DNA of 63,052 nucleotides, filler included, from Salisapilia sapeloensis CBS 127946 (lineage: Eukaryota; Protista; Oomycota), in the NCBI GenBank assembly GCA_023334545.1. It is 8 parts of 8 records of this genome, joined end to end, with 100 filler letters (N's around TTAATTAATTAA, not from the genome) between each part and the next. Parts side by side here need not be neighbours in the genome. Positions count along the whole stretch, not along the records: positions 1 to 26,851 come from JAADVB010000239.1; 7 more parts are not named here. One strand, written 5' to 3'. A model generated the notes under the pieces. The model made no database searches, was not told the origin of the DNA, and saw only the letters and a list, made by a program, of their open reading frames with translations. The position numbers and the translations under genes are program-made. Below, in pieces: positions 1 to 12,826 of the stretch (its first letter is position 1; every line of letters starts with the position of its first letter).

Positions 1-447
1 CACACTCCGAAAGGAGTTGCAACGCATCAAAAAGGTACTTTTGCATCTCTTTCCGGCGATTTGCTATCACAAGATCATACTGTAATGTTGGATGCAGGAA
101 GATTTGAAGTACCAAGCTGATCGAGCGTTGTTCGCGCAACTTGTCAAAGTACTAGTTTGATTCTTCATCGCATTCCACCTAGAGTGTACTCTGACTTGTG
201 CTATTCGTAGGATGATCGGGAAGCTTACAACAGAGAAGTCGATCTACTGCTGAAGAAACTCACCAGGGAACAGCAGGAAAAGCACGAGCTGTACGTATGG
301 GCGCGAGAGCAACAGGATCGCCATCTCCACGAAATCAGGAAGCTGACTCGAGCCCTCGCACGCTTACGAAAAGATCTCAACCAACAAGTACAGTTCTGCT
401 TGTTCATATATATTCCATCACTTTAGCTTACCATGTACTCCGAGTAG
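1..447 (+). CDS. 3' exons of an unidentified coiled-coil protein, truncated by the window start
   Basis: Manual splicing across GT-AG introns gives a helical frame ([11 protein letters not shown]|[17 protein letters not shown]|[27 protein letters not shown]...RLRKDLNQQ|LTMYSE*). The last exon is uncertain, with an alternative end at 578. Confidence 0.45.
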
Positions 448-609
448 CACGTGAAAGAAACCGAGGTGCACACTGCAGTTCTAATGGCTCAAAGCATGAC
501 AGTTCCTCCCGAGAGCATCGCCAACTCAGCCGCGTAGCTCTACGGACGGTTTTGCACGAAATCAAATCACTGTACTAGATTGCTCACGAACAAGTTCCGA
601 TCTATATTC

Positions 610-2420
610 TTAATTACCCATCCGCTTCAGAGCTGCTTCACTCATAAGCTTTCTCCTGTGGTTGTTGACACACTCCGTCGAGCAGTACTGGAATTCCAGT
701 CGCTTGAAAGGCGATTTCCCTGCATCTTTGCCGCAGAAAGCACACGCTCGCTCAGCCTGCACCTTTCGTTCCCGCTCTGCCGCTTGCTCCTCTTCCACTT
801 TTCGTTTCTCCGCCTCTTCCTTCTTCTTGAGTTTCTTTCGCTCCCGTTGCCTCTTTTTCTTCTCCGCCTCCTTCTCTTTCTTCTTCTTCTCCATCTCACT
901 CGTTAGCCCCATCGGGATGTTTGACTCTGTATAATCCCAAGCCTCCGGGTTATCCGCCATGAACCGACGAAAGATGTTGCGTGTCTCCTTTTGAGAGCAC
1001 AAAAAGTAAGGCGGACGACCGTGTGTGTCTTTGAGCGACGGATTCGCACCTGCTTGCAAAAAAATGGAGACAAGAGGTGAATTGTCCGCTGCAGCAGCAT
1101 GGTGCAGCGCAGTCATAAGGTCCGAATCCGGTTCGTTCACATCGACAGATGTATCCTTCTCCATCATGTTCTTCACAGCTTCTACATCACCTTGTTGTAC
1201 TTTCTCAACGATCGGTGGTGGAGGAACTTGTTCCTTTTCTTCCACAGGCTCAACAACCTTTGGTTCCTCGACCTTGTTGGACTTCTTCTTTGGGCTGGAC
1301 GAAGGCACTGCGACCGATAGCTTTTCATCGACAAGAGGGGAGAAGCGGACGCAGGATAAATCCGATCGGACGCGACAGACTTCTTCAAACGTCGGACGGT
1401 ACGTTGGGAACGGAATACGTCGAATGCGTCGATCAGATGATGTCAGTACGTTCGTCTTGGTATTGAAAAAGGTGCTGCGATCATTTTTGCTGGATGCAAT
1501 GAAGACCATTTCGACTTTGTCAAGCAACGGTTTCCACTCTTCAACTACATTGGCGATATCCTGCTTGAGCTGGGCTTCATTGTACCGTCTTAAGGTTGCA
1601 CCAGCAGATTTGGCTGCCCCTTTAGACGCGTCGTTTGCTGACTGACTGCCTCCCTGCTTCCGACGAGTCGTGTACCGTTGGAATGTTTTGTGTGTCACAG
1701 CCTTTTCGTGGTCAAATACAGCACCAGCGAAACGACCACTACGTAGAAGGAAGATAGCCCACTTGTGCTTGGATTGCATCAATTGACGAAGAGACGAGTA
1801 AGGATCAAAGTCGTCCTTGTCAGTGTCCGGCATGACGTTCTTTAATATCTACGTGCGCACCATCAATACAAAATAAAAAAGATAAACATAGGATAAGGTA
1901 CCTTGAAGAGACTTATTCCGTCTGAAAACTCGACGACAGGTTCTGTACTCTTGGATGCACTTTCAATTCCATTTGCTTCTTCATCACTTTTGGACTCGTC
2001 AGACGATGATATCGCTTCATCGAGATTTGCTGAATTTTCATGCTTCTGCTTCCTTGCTTCTAACTTGGCGTTCGCATCATCTTCGGAGAGTGGTTCGTCT
2101 CCTTTGGCCCGGCGTTTCAAGTTCACTCGATGATAATCACTTTTAAAGTGCTCATACTGCTCTTCTAGTGAGTTAAATGCAGTAATACTACACGTCCCGC
2201 AGTGCAGACCGATTGAGTTATTGCTTTGGGAAGCGTCTATGATCTCATGGCTGTCTTTTTCACTCGTCTCATCCTCACCAAGAGTTTGTTCAGACGGTGA
2301 TGGCTGTTGGAACTGTCGAGAATCTCCTGCAACTCGAACGACGTACCAGTTTTTCCACTGTGTTTCCTTCAGGTCGGTCAATGGTAGCTGTCCAAACGTT
2401 TTCTCGTTCTTCTTGTGCAT
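610..2420 (-). CDS. ANKZF1: ANKZF1/Vms1 ribosome-quality-control tRNA-cleaving factor (2 exons, intron about 1849-1901)
   Basis: C2H2 finger CGTC...HFKSDYHRVNLKR; VLRF1 motifs LLRSGRFAGAVF, HKTFQRYTTRRKQGGSQ and SAGATLRRYNE; ankyrin repeat TALHHAA; coiled coil; C-terminal treble clef CAFCG...YCSTEC. Confidence 0.93.
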
Positions 2421-3272
2421 TGTGGGAAGCTCTTATAACAGATATCTCGCAAGCGTATGCCTTCGATAGAACTTTGTTTTTTGTTGTTTTCGTTTGGTGT
2501 TGGTGTGACCATCATTCACTCCAAACTGTATGATGATGGTAGGATACGTCTAGACTTGACTGGTGATGTGGCTACTACGCTGGCTTTTGCTCCCTCTTCC
2601 TGCGACTGCAAGTTACACCCAGCACCTTAGATTTTATTCTATGTCTCTTAACCTTGTAGTTACATTTTTTCGCATTGTAGAAGTCAATTACCATGCAACT
2701 TGAGCTGATCTATGCAGGCGTTGGTCGAGGCTTGACTCTAGCTTTCGATACCAAGTAGCTTCAGTTCGTTGATAGTTGCATCGCTAGTGACATCCAAATA
2801 AAAGATCACAGCATAGAATTCGTTGTCTTTAAAAACACATATATAATGGTCGCTTTTCGCCATCGATGTCGACTCGATTTGGTAACCTACCTTATTGCGG
2901 AAACTTAGGCATATACACACTAAGGAGCCTATTCTCCTTCGCAGAGCGAATACCACCAAAGAGCTTGCATCTTGCTGCATGAAGTGCTGTCAGTGCTTCC
3001 ATGCATAATCACCCATACTTGAAGCGAATACCTCTCGTTTCTCTTGCTTTTAAAGCAGAGGCATCTAAACGATATCGAAGGAAACGTAAAAACTAGCATC
3101 AATTGAATCGGATCTACCCTTCGTCTGTACAATTCGGTCTTTCTACTCTCCATCGCAATCTAGCTCATTCGAGCGACACTTGTATCTTCATTAAATGAAG
3201 CAAACACCTGTAAGTCAATTAAATAAAACCATACAAAAACAATTTTCTAAGTCAAATACCGATTGTATTTGT

Positions 3273-6200
3273 CTACGGGTGCAAGTGGTATCGAATGTAC
3301 GGAAGTTCAATATCCTCTGCGTCAGCGTCCATAGCGCAAAGCTCTAGCACCAAGTACTTGAGATTCTTATCCAGCGGTTTCTTCGTCACGGTTTCAACCA
3401 ATTCCGGCACGGACATGTTCATCCGTTCCTTGGACTTGGACTTGGCAGAGTACATGGCATACAGGATCGTGACGCCATACGACAGCATTGTTACCTCTGC
3501 ATCATACTCCTTCTCCAAGTAGCTCAAGAACTGCTTGAGCGTCATATCGTGACCGCCCTTGACTTCCAAGCTATCCCACGCCGTCCAGACGTAATCCTCT
3601 CCCTTCAACTTGGTTGTCGTCTTCTTCGGTTCAATTGGTTCTGACAAGGCAAAGAGCGGCAAGGCAAGGTTGGCAAAGGCATTCTTATAGCTCTCGAGTG
3701 GCTTCTCCTGGATGACTTTGACCAGTTCAACACACACGAGACCAGTGACCAATGCTGTGGTGGTGGCAATGGCAGGAATAATCTTTCCAGCAATGAAACG
3801 AGACTTGTGCATATCAGCTTCTTGGATCCGATACGCTCGTGCACGCAAGTTGGACGTCGCAACAATGACACTCATATGCGCATCATCGTCTTTGTCAAAG
3901 GTAATCGGGTTCAATGGTGTCACTTGGCTCTTGGGTGGGAGACTAGCGAGAGTTGCATCGACATGTGCATCCGGATTATCCGTCGACTGGGACGTCTGAC
4001 TCTCCATCTCTGCATCTGACGCAGCAATCTTGACGTTATCACTCGGCACAAATGGTTCTACATGCACCTTGGACACGACGTTGGCGATCTCTTTCGTCTC
4101 CATCGATGACTCTAGTCCATACATCTTCGCTCGAGCGTTTGCAGTGGACGTGATAAAGTCCAAGTGGAGAGGGTCGTTCACGTCGAACTCAATCGGAGTC
4201 GGTGGACGCTTCGGACCAGACCAGAACGGCGCACCAGTCGTCGTCTTCTTATCTAGTGGGAAGTTGTGTAGAAGCTGCTTAAGTTGACTGCAGAAGAGGT
4301 CATCGAAGCGGAATCGAGCCCACTTGATACAGTCTTCAAAGGTTGCTGGGCGGTCGTTGACAAGCGACTTTTTCAAACGATCAACCGTCTCGACCTTGGT
4401 GTTCGGTTGGTCACTTAAGATCGTTTTGTAATTGTCGCTATCAAGGTAGTGGTTCACGTCAGCAGCAGTTTGGAAGAACTCGCCTTCAAACCAGTCTCGA
4501 GCCCACTGCAACGTGTGTTCGATTGCATTCGGAAAGTTCTTGAGCGTGCACAAAGGAATGCTCTTCTCCGGCGGATCTCTTGATGCACCATAGTTCTCCG
4601 TCTTGTGCGGCACGACCACTTGCGTATTTCCTTTCGTGCCTAACGTTCCGCTCTCAAACATCGGGAGACCGTAGAACATACACTTTTGATCCATATACAG
4701 ACGAGCGTCGACATTATCCAATGCAGTGCAGACACCCGAGAGACTTTCAAAGAACTCGTCATTAAACAAACTTTCCGAGTCAGCTCCGACACGAGACTCG
4801 TAGCTCTTGACCTTTGTCTGTGGGTTCATCGCCTGGATGGCTTCGGCAGCAGCTACTGACTTGCTACGACCAACGTCCTTGGCACGGAAGAGGAATTGAC
4901 GATTCAGATTCGACTTTTCAATCGCGTCCATGTCCGTCAAGTGGATTTGGCCATTGACACCAGCACCGACACCCATGAGTGCCCAGTTCTTGAGCATTTC
5001 ACATCCAATGGCACCAGCTCCGACGAGGAACAGGCGTTGATCCATCATTTTCTTTTGGAGAGTCTGACCAAAGACCGCGACTTGGCTGTCGTATCGGTCG
5101 CCGTGGACCATAAATTCCTCACGCTTGTCACTCGACAAGACGTAGTCTGGCAGCGCTTCAAAAGCGTCAAAGTACATGAACTGATGCAACGGCGTAAACT
5201 TGCCACTGCACGCTTTGATCGTCTCTTGACCGACGAGACCACCAAAGTACGCTGTCATGGGCGCGATGGAACCTTGCGCACCAAGAGCCAAGGCGAGGAC
5301 GATGTCGCGACTAGCGTTCGACTCGAGGTCATCCACGTGGAACTGTCCCTTGTCTTTCGCAGACGAGTTAAGCTCACACGCGAGCTTAAACACGTGATTC
5401 GCGTCTTCTAGACTACCTGCACGAGGCAGCTTGTCGTCATTCTCGATCTGGAATGCTTGGAGAGCTTGGAACGCGACGTGGAGAAGCTCTGAGCGACCGA
5501 TTTTAGAGAAATCGCTTAGTAAAAAGTCTCCTGGAGACGTCTGTGCTTTACTGAGTGGTTGGAAAGAAAACTCTTGCGGCATCTTTACTTGTGTCAAGTA
5601 CCCGGATGTGGCGGGTTCACACGCTTCGAATCGCTGCGTGTCTGCATCATCCAACGGGTCCAGCGTAAAGGTGAATGGACCTGTCACAGTGATACGACGC
5701 GGCTCACATTCGTTGAGGAATGGCATGGCATCGACCTCTCGGAACGTGACAAAGTTGCCAGTTTCAAGACCGTGGCGCGTATCATCACTGACCGTCACAA
5801 CCGGAGGCGACGTGTTGGAGATGGACGTGATCATACAGTCGACCGGTTGTTCTCCATCGACATCTGAGACGACGAATTTGTCGCCAAAGTCACAAAAGGC
5901 TTGGCCAAAGACACCTCTCGCAGCAGAAGAAATAAAAGCGATATCGTTTGCGTGACAAACTTGGTTGATACGCAACGCTTCCGGTTGCGTCGCATTCAAC
6001 ATGACCACCACCTACATATTGTAATTAGAACACGAACAATCGAATTGAAAAAGTGTTCGTGACGTACGCGAAATTGCTTCAAGAAGGCTTCATCGATGGG
6101 ACTCGAGTGCGTCGTCACTTCGACGTACGGGTTCAGTTCGGCTAATTTGGATGAACAGGCATGTGCACGTGGAGTCCCAATGTCCTTTTCACTCAAGTAG

Positions 6201-6415
6201 AACTGGGACGCTAGGTCAAAGGACGAAGCTGGCGAGTCGTCATGTAGGGTGACGCTTTTAACGCCTGCTAGAATGACGTTCTTGGCGACTTCAACGCCGA
6301 GTCCGTCGAGACCGATGATAAGGACATCGGCTGCACCCATACGACGCTGAGCGTCGTGGCCCATGACGTATAGCTGTCTGCTATACAAGCTCTCATCAAT
6401 CTGCTTGGCTTCCAT
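3273..6415 (-). CDS. UBA1: Ubiquitin-activating enzyme E1 (one intron near 6013-6066)
   Basis: IDESLYSRQLYV, GLDGLGVEVAKN, GAGAIGCEMLKN, SNLNRQFLFR, active-site PLCTLKNFP, AGKIIPAIATTT. Confidence 0.97.
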
Positions 6416-6465
6416 TTCGCTTCTCTGAGAAAGATTTCGTTCTAGAAAATCTGAAGTATATTCAG

Positions 6466-6565
6466 CCAATCAAGATCAGTTTATAGGTAATTTCGACCAA
6501 TCAGAACTCGTGCCATGACGGGCACGTTACGTTTTCTTCGTCTCGAGAAGCAAAAGGACGATTGG
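6466..6565. promoter_or_regulatory. CCAAT boxes in the divergent UBA1/IFRD promoter
   Basis: CCAATC at 6466 and 6497 and the reverse motif ATTGG at 6561, within a 365-bp head-to-head intergenic region. Confidence 0.4.
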
Positions 6566-6780
6566 AAGCCTCCACCGGTACTGGACGCCACTTCAAGTAC
6601 ACGAGTGGACGATACAACGTCTGTATCGCTTCTCGAGTGAAGACCAGAGAAAAAATCGTTGTATCAAATGTCTCTTAAAAAAGAGTTGAATCTGGGTTGA
6701 CCAAGAGGTGTTTCGGAATAGTACTGACTGTTTACATCCAGTTGGTTCACTTTCGCATTGAAAATTATTTCGAGCTCGAG

Positions 6781-8303
6781 ATGGCCAAGAAGAAGCGAGG
6801 TACGTGCACTGTGTATGCTTTCATCTAGATACCATTCTTTCCATATCGTACGATCATGGCTCGGTAACGACACCATGCGAAGTGAAGTACGAAACGCATT
6901 CTACTTTGCTACGTCAAAAATTCATAACTGTATGGTGGACATGACCACCGTCGATCGTACGATTTCTCCATGGAAAGCCATGTTCTTTACTATATCTCTT
7001 GTCATTATACTTTTTACCCACCATCATGATCGCGTCTTGCTCATGCTTCGTATCGTTTTACCGATATCTGATTCCAGGCAACCGTCGCATGCGAGCTGAT
7101 TCCATGTCGGACGATGAAAACGCCTCTGTCCATTCTGCCGACACGGCCAATCGATCCGATGATGCCGAATTGTACGACTCGTATTCTCGAGCTCAGATCA
7201 ATGAAACTGCTTTGGAAGAAGCCATGGAGAATTTAGCTGAGAAGAGGTTGGTTTGTTACTCGAATCAGATTTCGACAAGTACTGATGCTACATCTACTAG
7301 AACCGACATTCGTGTGGAAGCTTTAGAAACCTTGATGAAGTATGTCGAAGGCTACATTTCACCAGAAGAAGTGGAAGACAGTTTTGTCACCAACTTGCTC
7401 TACTGTCTCCGCCGACCGTCGAAAGAAGAAGCCGTCTACGGCGCTCGGATGCTCGCAGTCGTCGGTCTGATCTTCGGATCAGAAGAAGAACGTTTCTACC
7501 AACGCTGTAAGAGCGTCCTAGAGCCTCTTGTTCGAGCCGCCCGTGAACCCGAGATGAAGACGGAGAGTATCCGAGCGCTAGCGATGCTCTGCTTTGTCTG
7601 CAGCGTCGAAGAAGAGAACATTGACGAGTTCCTGGCGTTCTTGGACAAGTACTTGGAGTGTAACATTGACGGAAGTATCTGTACTGCTGCGTGTGAGGCA
7701 TGGGGACTCATCGCCTCTGCTCTATCCGACGAAGATCTCTTTAGTGAAGAGTACATTGATCGCTACCTTCCCAAGTTCGAGGTCTTGTTGAATCACAAGG
7801 ACGTCGAAGCTAGATCTGCTGCAGCGGAAAACATTGCTCTCTTGCATGAAAGTGTGTCTGCGTTGGGTGCAGAGTTGCCGTTCGATGGAGACATTATCGA
7901 CAAGGTCTTGAGTATGAGCAAAGAGACGAGTAAGAAGACGAGTAAGAAGGATCGCAAGGTCCAAAAGTCTGTCTTTAGAGAAGTCCATGCGACGCTGGAC
8001 AAGGATGAAAGTCCGCACGTGTCTCTCCTCCTACGTAACGAGAACCTGGAGCTGGATGGATGGAGAGCGATGAAGCAGTATGATGCTCTCCGCAAGACCC
8101 TTCGTACGGGATTCCAAGAGCACCTCAAGTTTAATCCGATCGTTCGTATTCTTTTGGACATGGGGGAAGTCGTGGATGAACCTGGGATGGACCGACGGCA
8201 AGTGTTCGATAAGAAATCATACGGACATAAGCAGAAGACGAATGAACGCAAGCTCGATCGACGTCGAAAGCATGAACTCCAGGACGCTTATCTCGACGAT
8301 TAA
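6781..8303 (+). CDS. IFRD1: Interferon-related developmental regulator (IFRD) domain protein
   Basis: Helical IFRD-like domain (EALENLAEKR, VEARSAAAENIALLHE, KKDRKVQKSVFREV, YDALRKTLRTGFQEHLKFN). Micro-exon MAKKKR at 6781-6799 splices in phase to 7078. A probable 54-nt in-frame intron lies at about 7247-7300. Confidence 0.8.
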
Positions 8304-8802
8304 GCGCTTTTCAATTCAAAATGCTATTGATACTTTTTCATTCTTATAATGAATTAAATATACTTTTGAATACAAACGTTGGTACAAGTGTTGTAGAAAG
8401 TAAACTTTAGTTTTAATGCACTTGTTCAGATTTCTTTCGGTATGAATGATAAAGTCGAGCAAAATGGTGCATAGTAGGAATGACAGAGTGGTTTGTATCA
8501 TGGACGATGGTATGCTTGAGTGTTGCCTCATCAAGGTAAACACCTCAAAAGTTGTGACGACATGCCATCTTCCGCCGTTGCCATGTGCAATTACTCTTCC
8601 GACATACACCTGTCAATCACTTTCATTTCGACGTTCGCTCCATGTCTTCCCTCCGACTACCTCGCATCTAGATAAACTATAATCATTAGTATGTAACATA
8701 GACGACGTCGCATCGACGCAGGAATCGAATCTTCCTGTATCCATGACGCCAGATCAAAGAAAAAAGAAAAAGAGTGTCAATCAAAACGAAAAGAACTTTG
8801 AT

Positions 8803-9675
8803 TTATCTTTCTCGTGCTGGACTTCCACTACGACTCCGACGACGCTTGCGAGGAGAGCTGCTGCGAGAGCGCCGAACATCGCCGTTTTCACCCGTCTTGC
8901 GCGACCGACTACGGCTGCGACTGCGAGATTTAGATCGACGACTCCGACGAGAAGATCGTTGCGGCCGATTGAACATGCGGTCTAGTTCCCTCCGCATGGA
9001 CCGACTGACGTTTTTCACGTGCATGAAGTTGCAGTAGCCACCCCGATTGCACGTACCTTCGTCAAACTGACGGCAACGAGCTTCTCGAAAGTCTGTCACG
9101 GGCGAAAACTCGCACACGAGTGGCCTGCCAGCGTAGAACCGTCCGTAGAGTGCTTTCTGAGCAGCAGCAGCATGCTCCTCATCGCCATACTTGGCGTAGA
9201 CATTGCCGACGAGGTGGTCGCCCAAGTTATCGCAGATATTGAGCTCTTCCACGTGTCCGAACTTGCACAGTTCTTCAAATACTTCTTCATAAAAGTCTTC
9301 AAACTCGTCGTCAATCTGTCGCTGGTCCAGTTGCTGCGGGTCGCCACTCTGCGCAATGACTTGGGCGATCGGGTTCTGGTACATGTGCGGCACGAGGATC
9401 GTCTGACTAAAGACGGGCTTGTTATGCAGTCGAGAGCACCGATCGCCGTGACGACATGCTCCGATCTTGAAGTAGAACGGACAGTTCACGCGATCTTCTT
9501 CTGTGCCGTGAATTCGCGCTAAATGCTCGGCGCCACCCGAGGGGCCGCTCGGTTCATTCGACCGATTGTCGCGTCGGCCGCCACGGAAGCCCCCGCGACC
9601 GTAGCCACCATACCCTCTTTCCTCTCTCATACGGTCTCTACCACGCCCTCGAAAGTCATCACCGTGTCGACTCAT
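8803..9675 (-). CDS. U2AF1: Splicing factor U2AF small subunit (U2AF35) with N-terminal RGG-rich extension
   Basis: CCCH finger [28 protein letters not shown] domain ([24 protein letters not shown]), second CCCH finger [21 protein letters not shown] tail. Confidence 0.96.
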   Translation of the reverse strand: MSRHGDDFRGRGRDRMREERGYGGYGRGGFRGGRRDNRSNEPSGPSGGAEHLARIHGTEEDRVNCPFYFKIGACRHGDRCSRLHNKPVFSQTILVPHMYQNPIAQVIAQSGDPQQLDQRQIDDEFEDFYEEVFEELCKFGHVEELNICDNLGDHLVGNVYAKYGDEEHAAAAQKALYGRFYAGRPLVCEFSPVTDFREARCRQFDEGTCNRGGYCNFMHVKNVSRSMRRELDRMFNRPQRSSRRSRRSKSRSRSRSRSRKTGENGDVRRSRSSSPRKRRRSRSGSPARER

Positions 9676-9863
9676 GCTCAAGCTAGTACAAAGTAGATCT
9701 GATCGACGTCGATGTCCCTTCTTGGTGGTTTTGCGGTCTTCTTGCCTCTTTGACTGGAACTTTGTATAGGTCCAAATGCCTAAATTTACTTTCTAGAAGC
9801 ATCGAGATAAAATAGACGACGTAGAATTAGTGCTTTCGAATATTCAAAATTGACACTTTGAAG

Positions 9864-10535
9864 ATGGAGAGACGGACGTCGACGCGCTTGGCGTATGAAG
9901 GATATGCGTATCCTTTTAGGAATGGGAGATTGCAGAACGGATCGGATATATCTGCATTGCAGGGATCTGTCAATGGCGAATATCTATGGTTTAATACTGG
10001 CATCTATCCGGACGGTTTGTCATCATGAACGTTGGGTTGTAGCAATTATATCTCATCTTTTATCCAACTAGATGTCCTCGATGCAAGTGAACATCCACGC
10101 CAGTACGAGATGACCGTCACAGGTCGTAAGCGTGTAAAACCCGGCACTCCTCGAACTACGCTAGGTACCTTTATGATCTCCTGGTGACCTCCTTTCTATC
10201 TGACGAGACATGCAGGGACGAAATTGGAATTAAATGGCCAGACAATTGCCATCTTTCGATACGAAGACGAATTCTACGCCGTCTCAAATCGCTGTCCTCA
10301 TCAAGGTGGTCAACTGCATCTAGGTGACATTGAAGAAATGAACGACATGCTCTGCATATCGTGTCCACGGCATCACTGGCCGTTTTCACTCGAAGACGGA
10401 TCATGCCAAGTCAATGACAGCCTTCAATTGGACCACTTTCCTGTCCAAGAACGTCAGCACGATGACGATGCTCGCTACTTGTACATTGGATTCCCATCCC
10501 TCGGCCAAGCACTCTTCTCAAGTGATGATTTTTAA
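9864..10535 (+). CDS. Rieske [2Fe-2S] ferredoxin-domain protein (RFESD-like); 5' exons uncertain
   Basis: NRCPHQGG and SCPRHHWPF give the CxH...CxxH Rieske ligands. An upstream exon at about 10071-10165 splices in frame. Confidence 0.8.
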
Positions 10536-10645
10536 AACGTTCTAAGTTATCAATTGCGCCAAATAAATATTTCCATCAGACTTGACGTATATAGGATCCG
10601 ACAGGTCCTATATTTATCTTTGACACAGACTCGATTCTCCTCAAG

Positions 10646-10846
10646 ATGGGAAATGTGCTTAAGAAACAAATCGCTCCTCCGTCAGAGCCAAGATCGATCG
10701 CAACGACATCAGGAGGAACGATTGCTCGAGCAGGCTCAAACGACAGGACGTACATCCACATTGGAAAGGAGCGACTGCCAGTACCGACACCAGGCGTACA
10801 CAATGAAAAGCTCAAGAACAAATTCGTCTACGTCCGCAAACCATAA
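10646..10846 (+). CDS. 66-aa small ORF, possibly N-myristoylated
   Basis: ATG-initiated MGNVLKK..., occupies its own intergenic slot without overlapping neighbours, protein-like composition. Confidence 0.55.
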   Translation: MGNVLKKQIAPPSEPRSIATTSGGTIARAGSNDRTYIHIGKERLPVPTPGVHNEKLKNKFVYVRKP

Positions 10847-10892
10847 CCTTTCTGTCGTGTTTGGCTGCAAAAACCCACTTGCTTTTTCTTTT

Positions 10893-12687
10893 TTACGCTA
10901 CGGAAAGTCGACCATAGTCGAACAGCTTGCCGTCGCTCGTGCCCAGCACCACGTGGTCATCGTCATACCTCGCCGACACGACACTTCCTGCATTCTTCGG
11001 AGTCAACCAGTGCATTGGTTGAGGAGCGTACCATCGCCAGACAGCCGCCTACCTCACGTATTAATGACTAGATCCTACTAGATAAGCAATATACACATAC
11101 CCTTCCATTCGGGGACGACGTCACGATCTTCCGACTGTCGAACTGGATCGAGGACACACCTCCATGCAGTTTGCTACTGAACGAGCTCAGTGGCTGCTGC
11201 GTACGGACGTCCCACGTCTCCATGCCTTGCTCACTGTACCCAGCGACGACGACCGTGTCGTCCATCTCGAGCGCCGAGATCTTGCCTTGGCATAAAGCAG
11301 ACTTGGGCAAGATCTTGGCACTCTTGCCTCCCCACCAACGCACAGACCCTTCTTCCCCTGCACTCCACAGCACTCGTCCTTTCGTATCGGTCTTGGCAAC
11401 TGCTTCTGGGTGTCCAGCCAGTCGGTGCGTTAGTCGTCCACTGCGCAAGTCAAAGACACGGATGAAGCCACTCGAAGTACCACACACCAACGTGTTCCGG
11501 AAGAGCATGAGACTAGAGATTTGCGGATGCTGCTCCCGCTGAGCTCGTGGTAAGGATGAGCGATGAAGCTTGTGGGTGGGAATCGAGATGACGCGCTCCC
11601 CCTTGGTCACGTCCCACACTTCTGCTTCTCCCTTCTCCGTCGATGCGGCCAAGTAGAGGAACGTGCCGTCGGAATGGTCAATGTGAACCTTGGTCATCTT
11701 CTCTCGACTGCGCGTCCGAATGAACGGGACCATCCCGAGACTCGACCGATGGCTGATGGTTGCTGTTGGTGGCACCTGCATCTGAGCACGACCTTCGTCT
11801 GTGATACGAGAGTCGATCGCGTGCAAATCCCAGACTTTGACCGTACCGTCGTTGCATCCAACAGCCAACGCATCGTTGCAAGCGTGGAAGCACGTTGCAC
11901 AGGATTGAGAGATACTTGCGCGCAGTTTCTGTTTATCAACGGACCATAAGTAGAATTCTGCTAGATCCTGCTGCAGTCCACCACTAAACAACTACTTGTC
12001 GTTATTAGAACCTTGTTTCAATCGTAGTCTAGCTAGAAAAAGTATACTCTTGTGTCTCGAGATCGTGAAAAAGTGGATGGTGAAAGGAGTTTGGCGTTGG
12101 AAAAGAGGTGCGAGGGAGATTTGTTCTTGAGCTCTGGGAGCTTCGTCGCATCGAAGATGGTCGGAGATGACTGGAAGACCTGGTCTTCCGTCGACATGAG
12201 TTTCAAATCACGCACATAGTCTTGAATGGACGTTCGCTCGTTGAGTAAACAGGCTCGAATGACCGGTGGCGAGCCTCGACGATTGACGTTACTAGAAAAG
12301 ACGCATGCGGATTAGGAATAATGGGAGGAAAGAGAGAACTTGGTCGTACGGAGAAGGCACGTCGATCTCTCGGTAGCAGTAATTCGCCGCTCGACGAAAG
12401 CAGTTGACGAGCAGGGGGTGATGAGGAACCTCTGCGAGCATCTCCCAGACCACGGGTCGCATCAATTCCTTAGCCCAGCTTCGATCCAAGTAGACTATGC
12501 CACCACCACATGAGCGAATGATCTCATACGCACTTTACGCTGTCTAGCACATACCAAGTTTCGTCGTTTCATCTGGCCCGACGAACGCCAAGACACGTGC
12601 AAGAATGAAGGGCTTATTGACCAAACTATGCACTGTCAATCGCTCCTCCATACCCGCTTGTACCTGATTCTCCCGTTGATTTGTCAT
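10893..12687 (-). CDS. Multi-exon WD40-repeat protein, possibly with a degenerate N-terminal F-box
   Basis: WD repeats (GCNDGTVKVWD, GEAEVWD, GTSSGFIRVFD, GHPEAV, GSVRWW, METWD). Last exon spliced by hand (AAVWRWY...GRLSVA*, stop at 10893). PFILARVLAFVG resembles an F-box start. Confidence 0.8.
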
Positions 12688-12826
12688 TTCGTGTGCGGCA
12701 GACCTCCAGTCGGTGGCGATATACACATGGTCGGTGTCTCTAGTCGTGGCAATCTATGAAGACAGGGCAAGACAAGATCAAGGCCACCGCACAATCGAAT
12801 CGAAACGGTAGCACGCACGCGAGCTC

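Noticed and set aside
2738-3153. Two short minus-strand ORFs between ANKZF1 and UBA1
   Set aside because: No recognisable motifs and no consistent splice model could be built by eye.
610-8303. Two ribosome-associated factors (ANKZF1, IFRD) flanking UBA1 as a functional cluster
   Set aside because: Housekeeping genes are dense here. Without synteny or co-expression data, coincidence is the simplest explanation.
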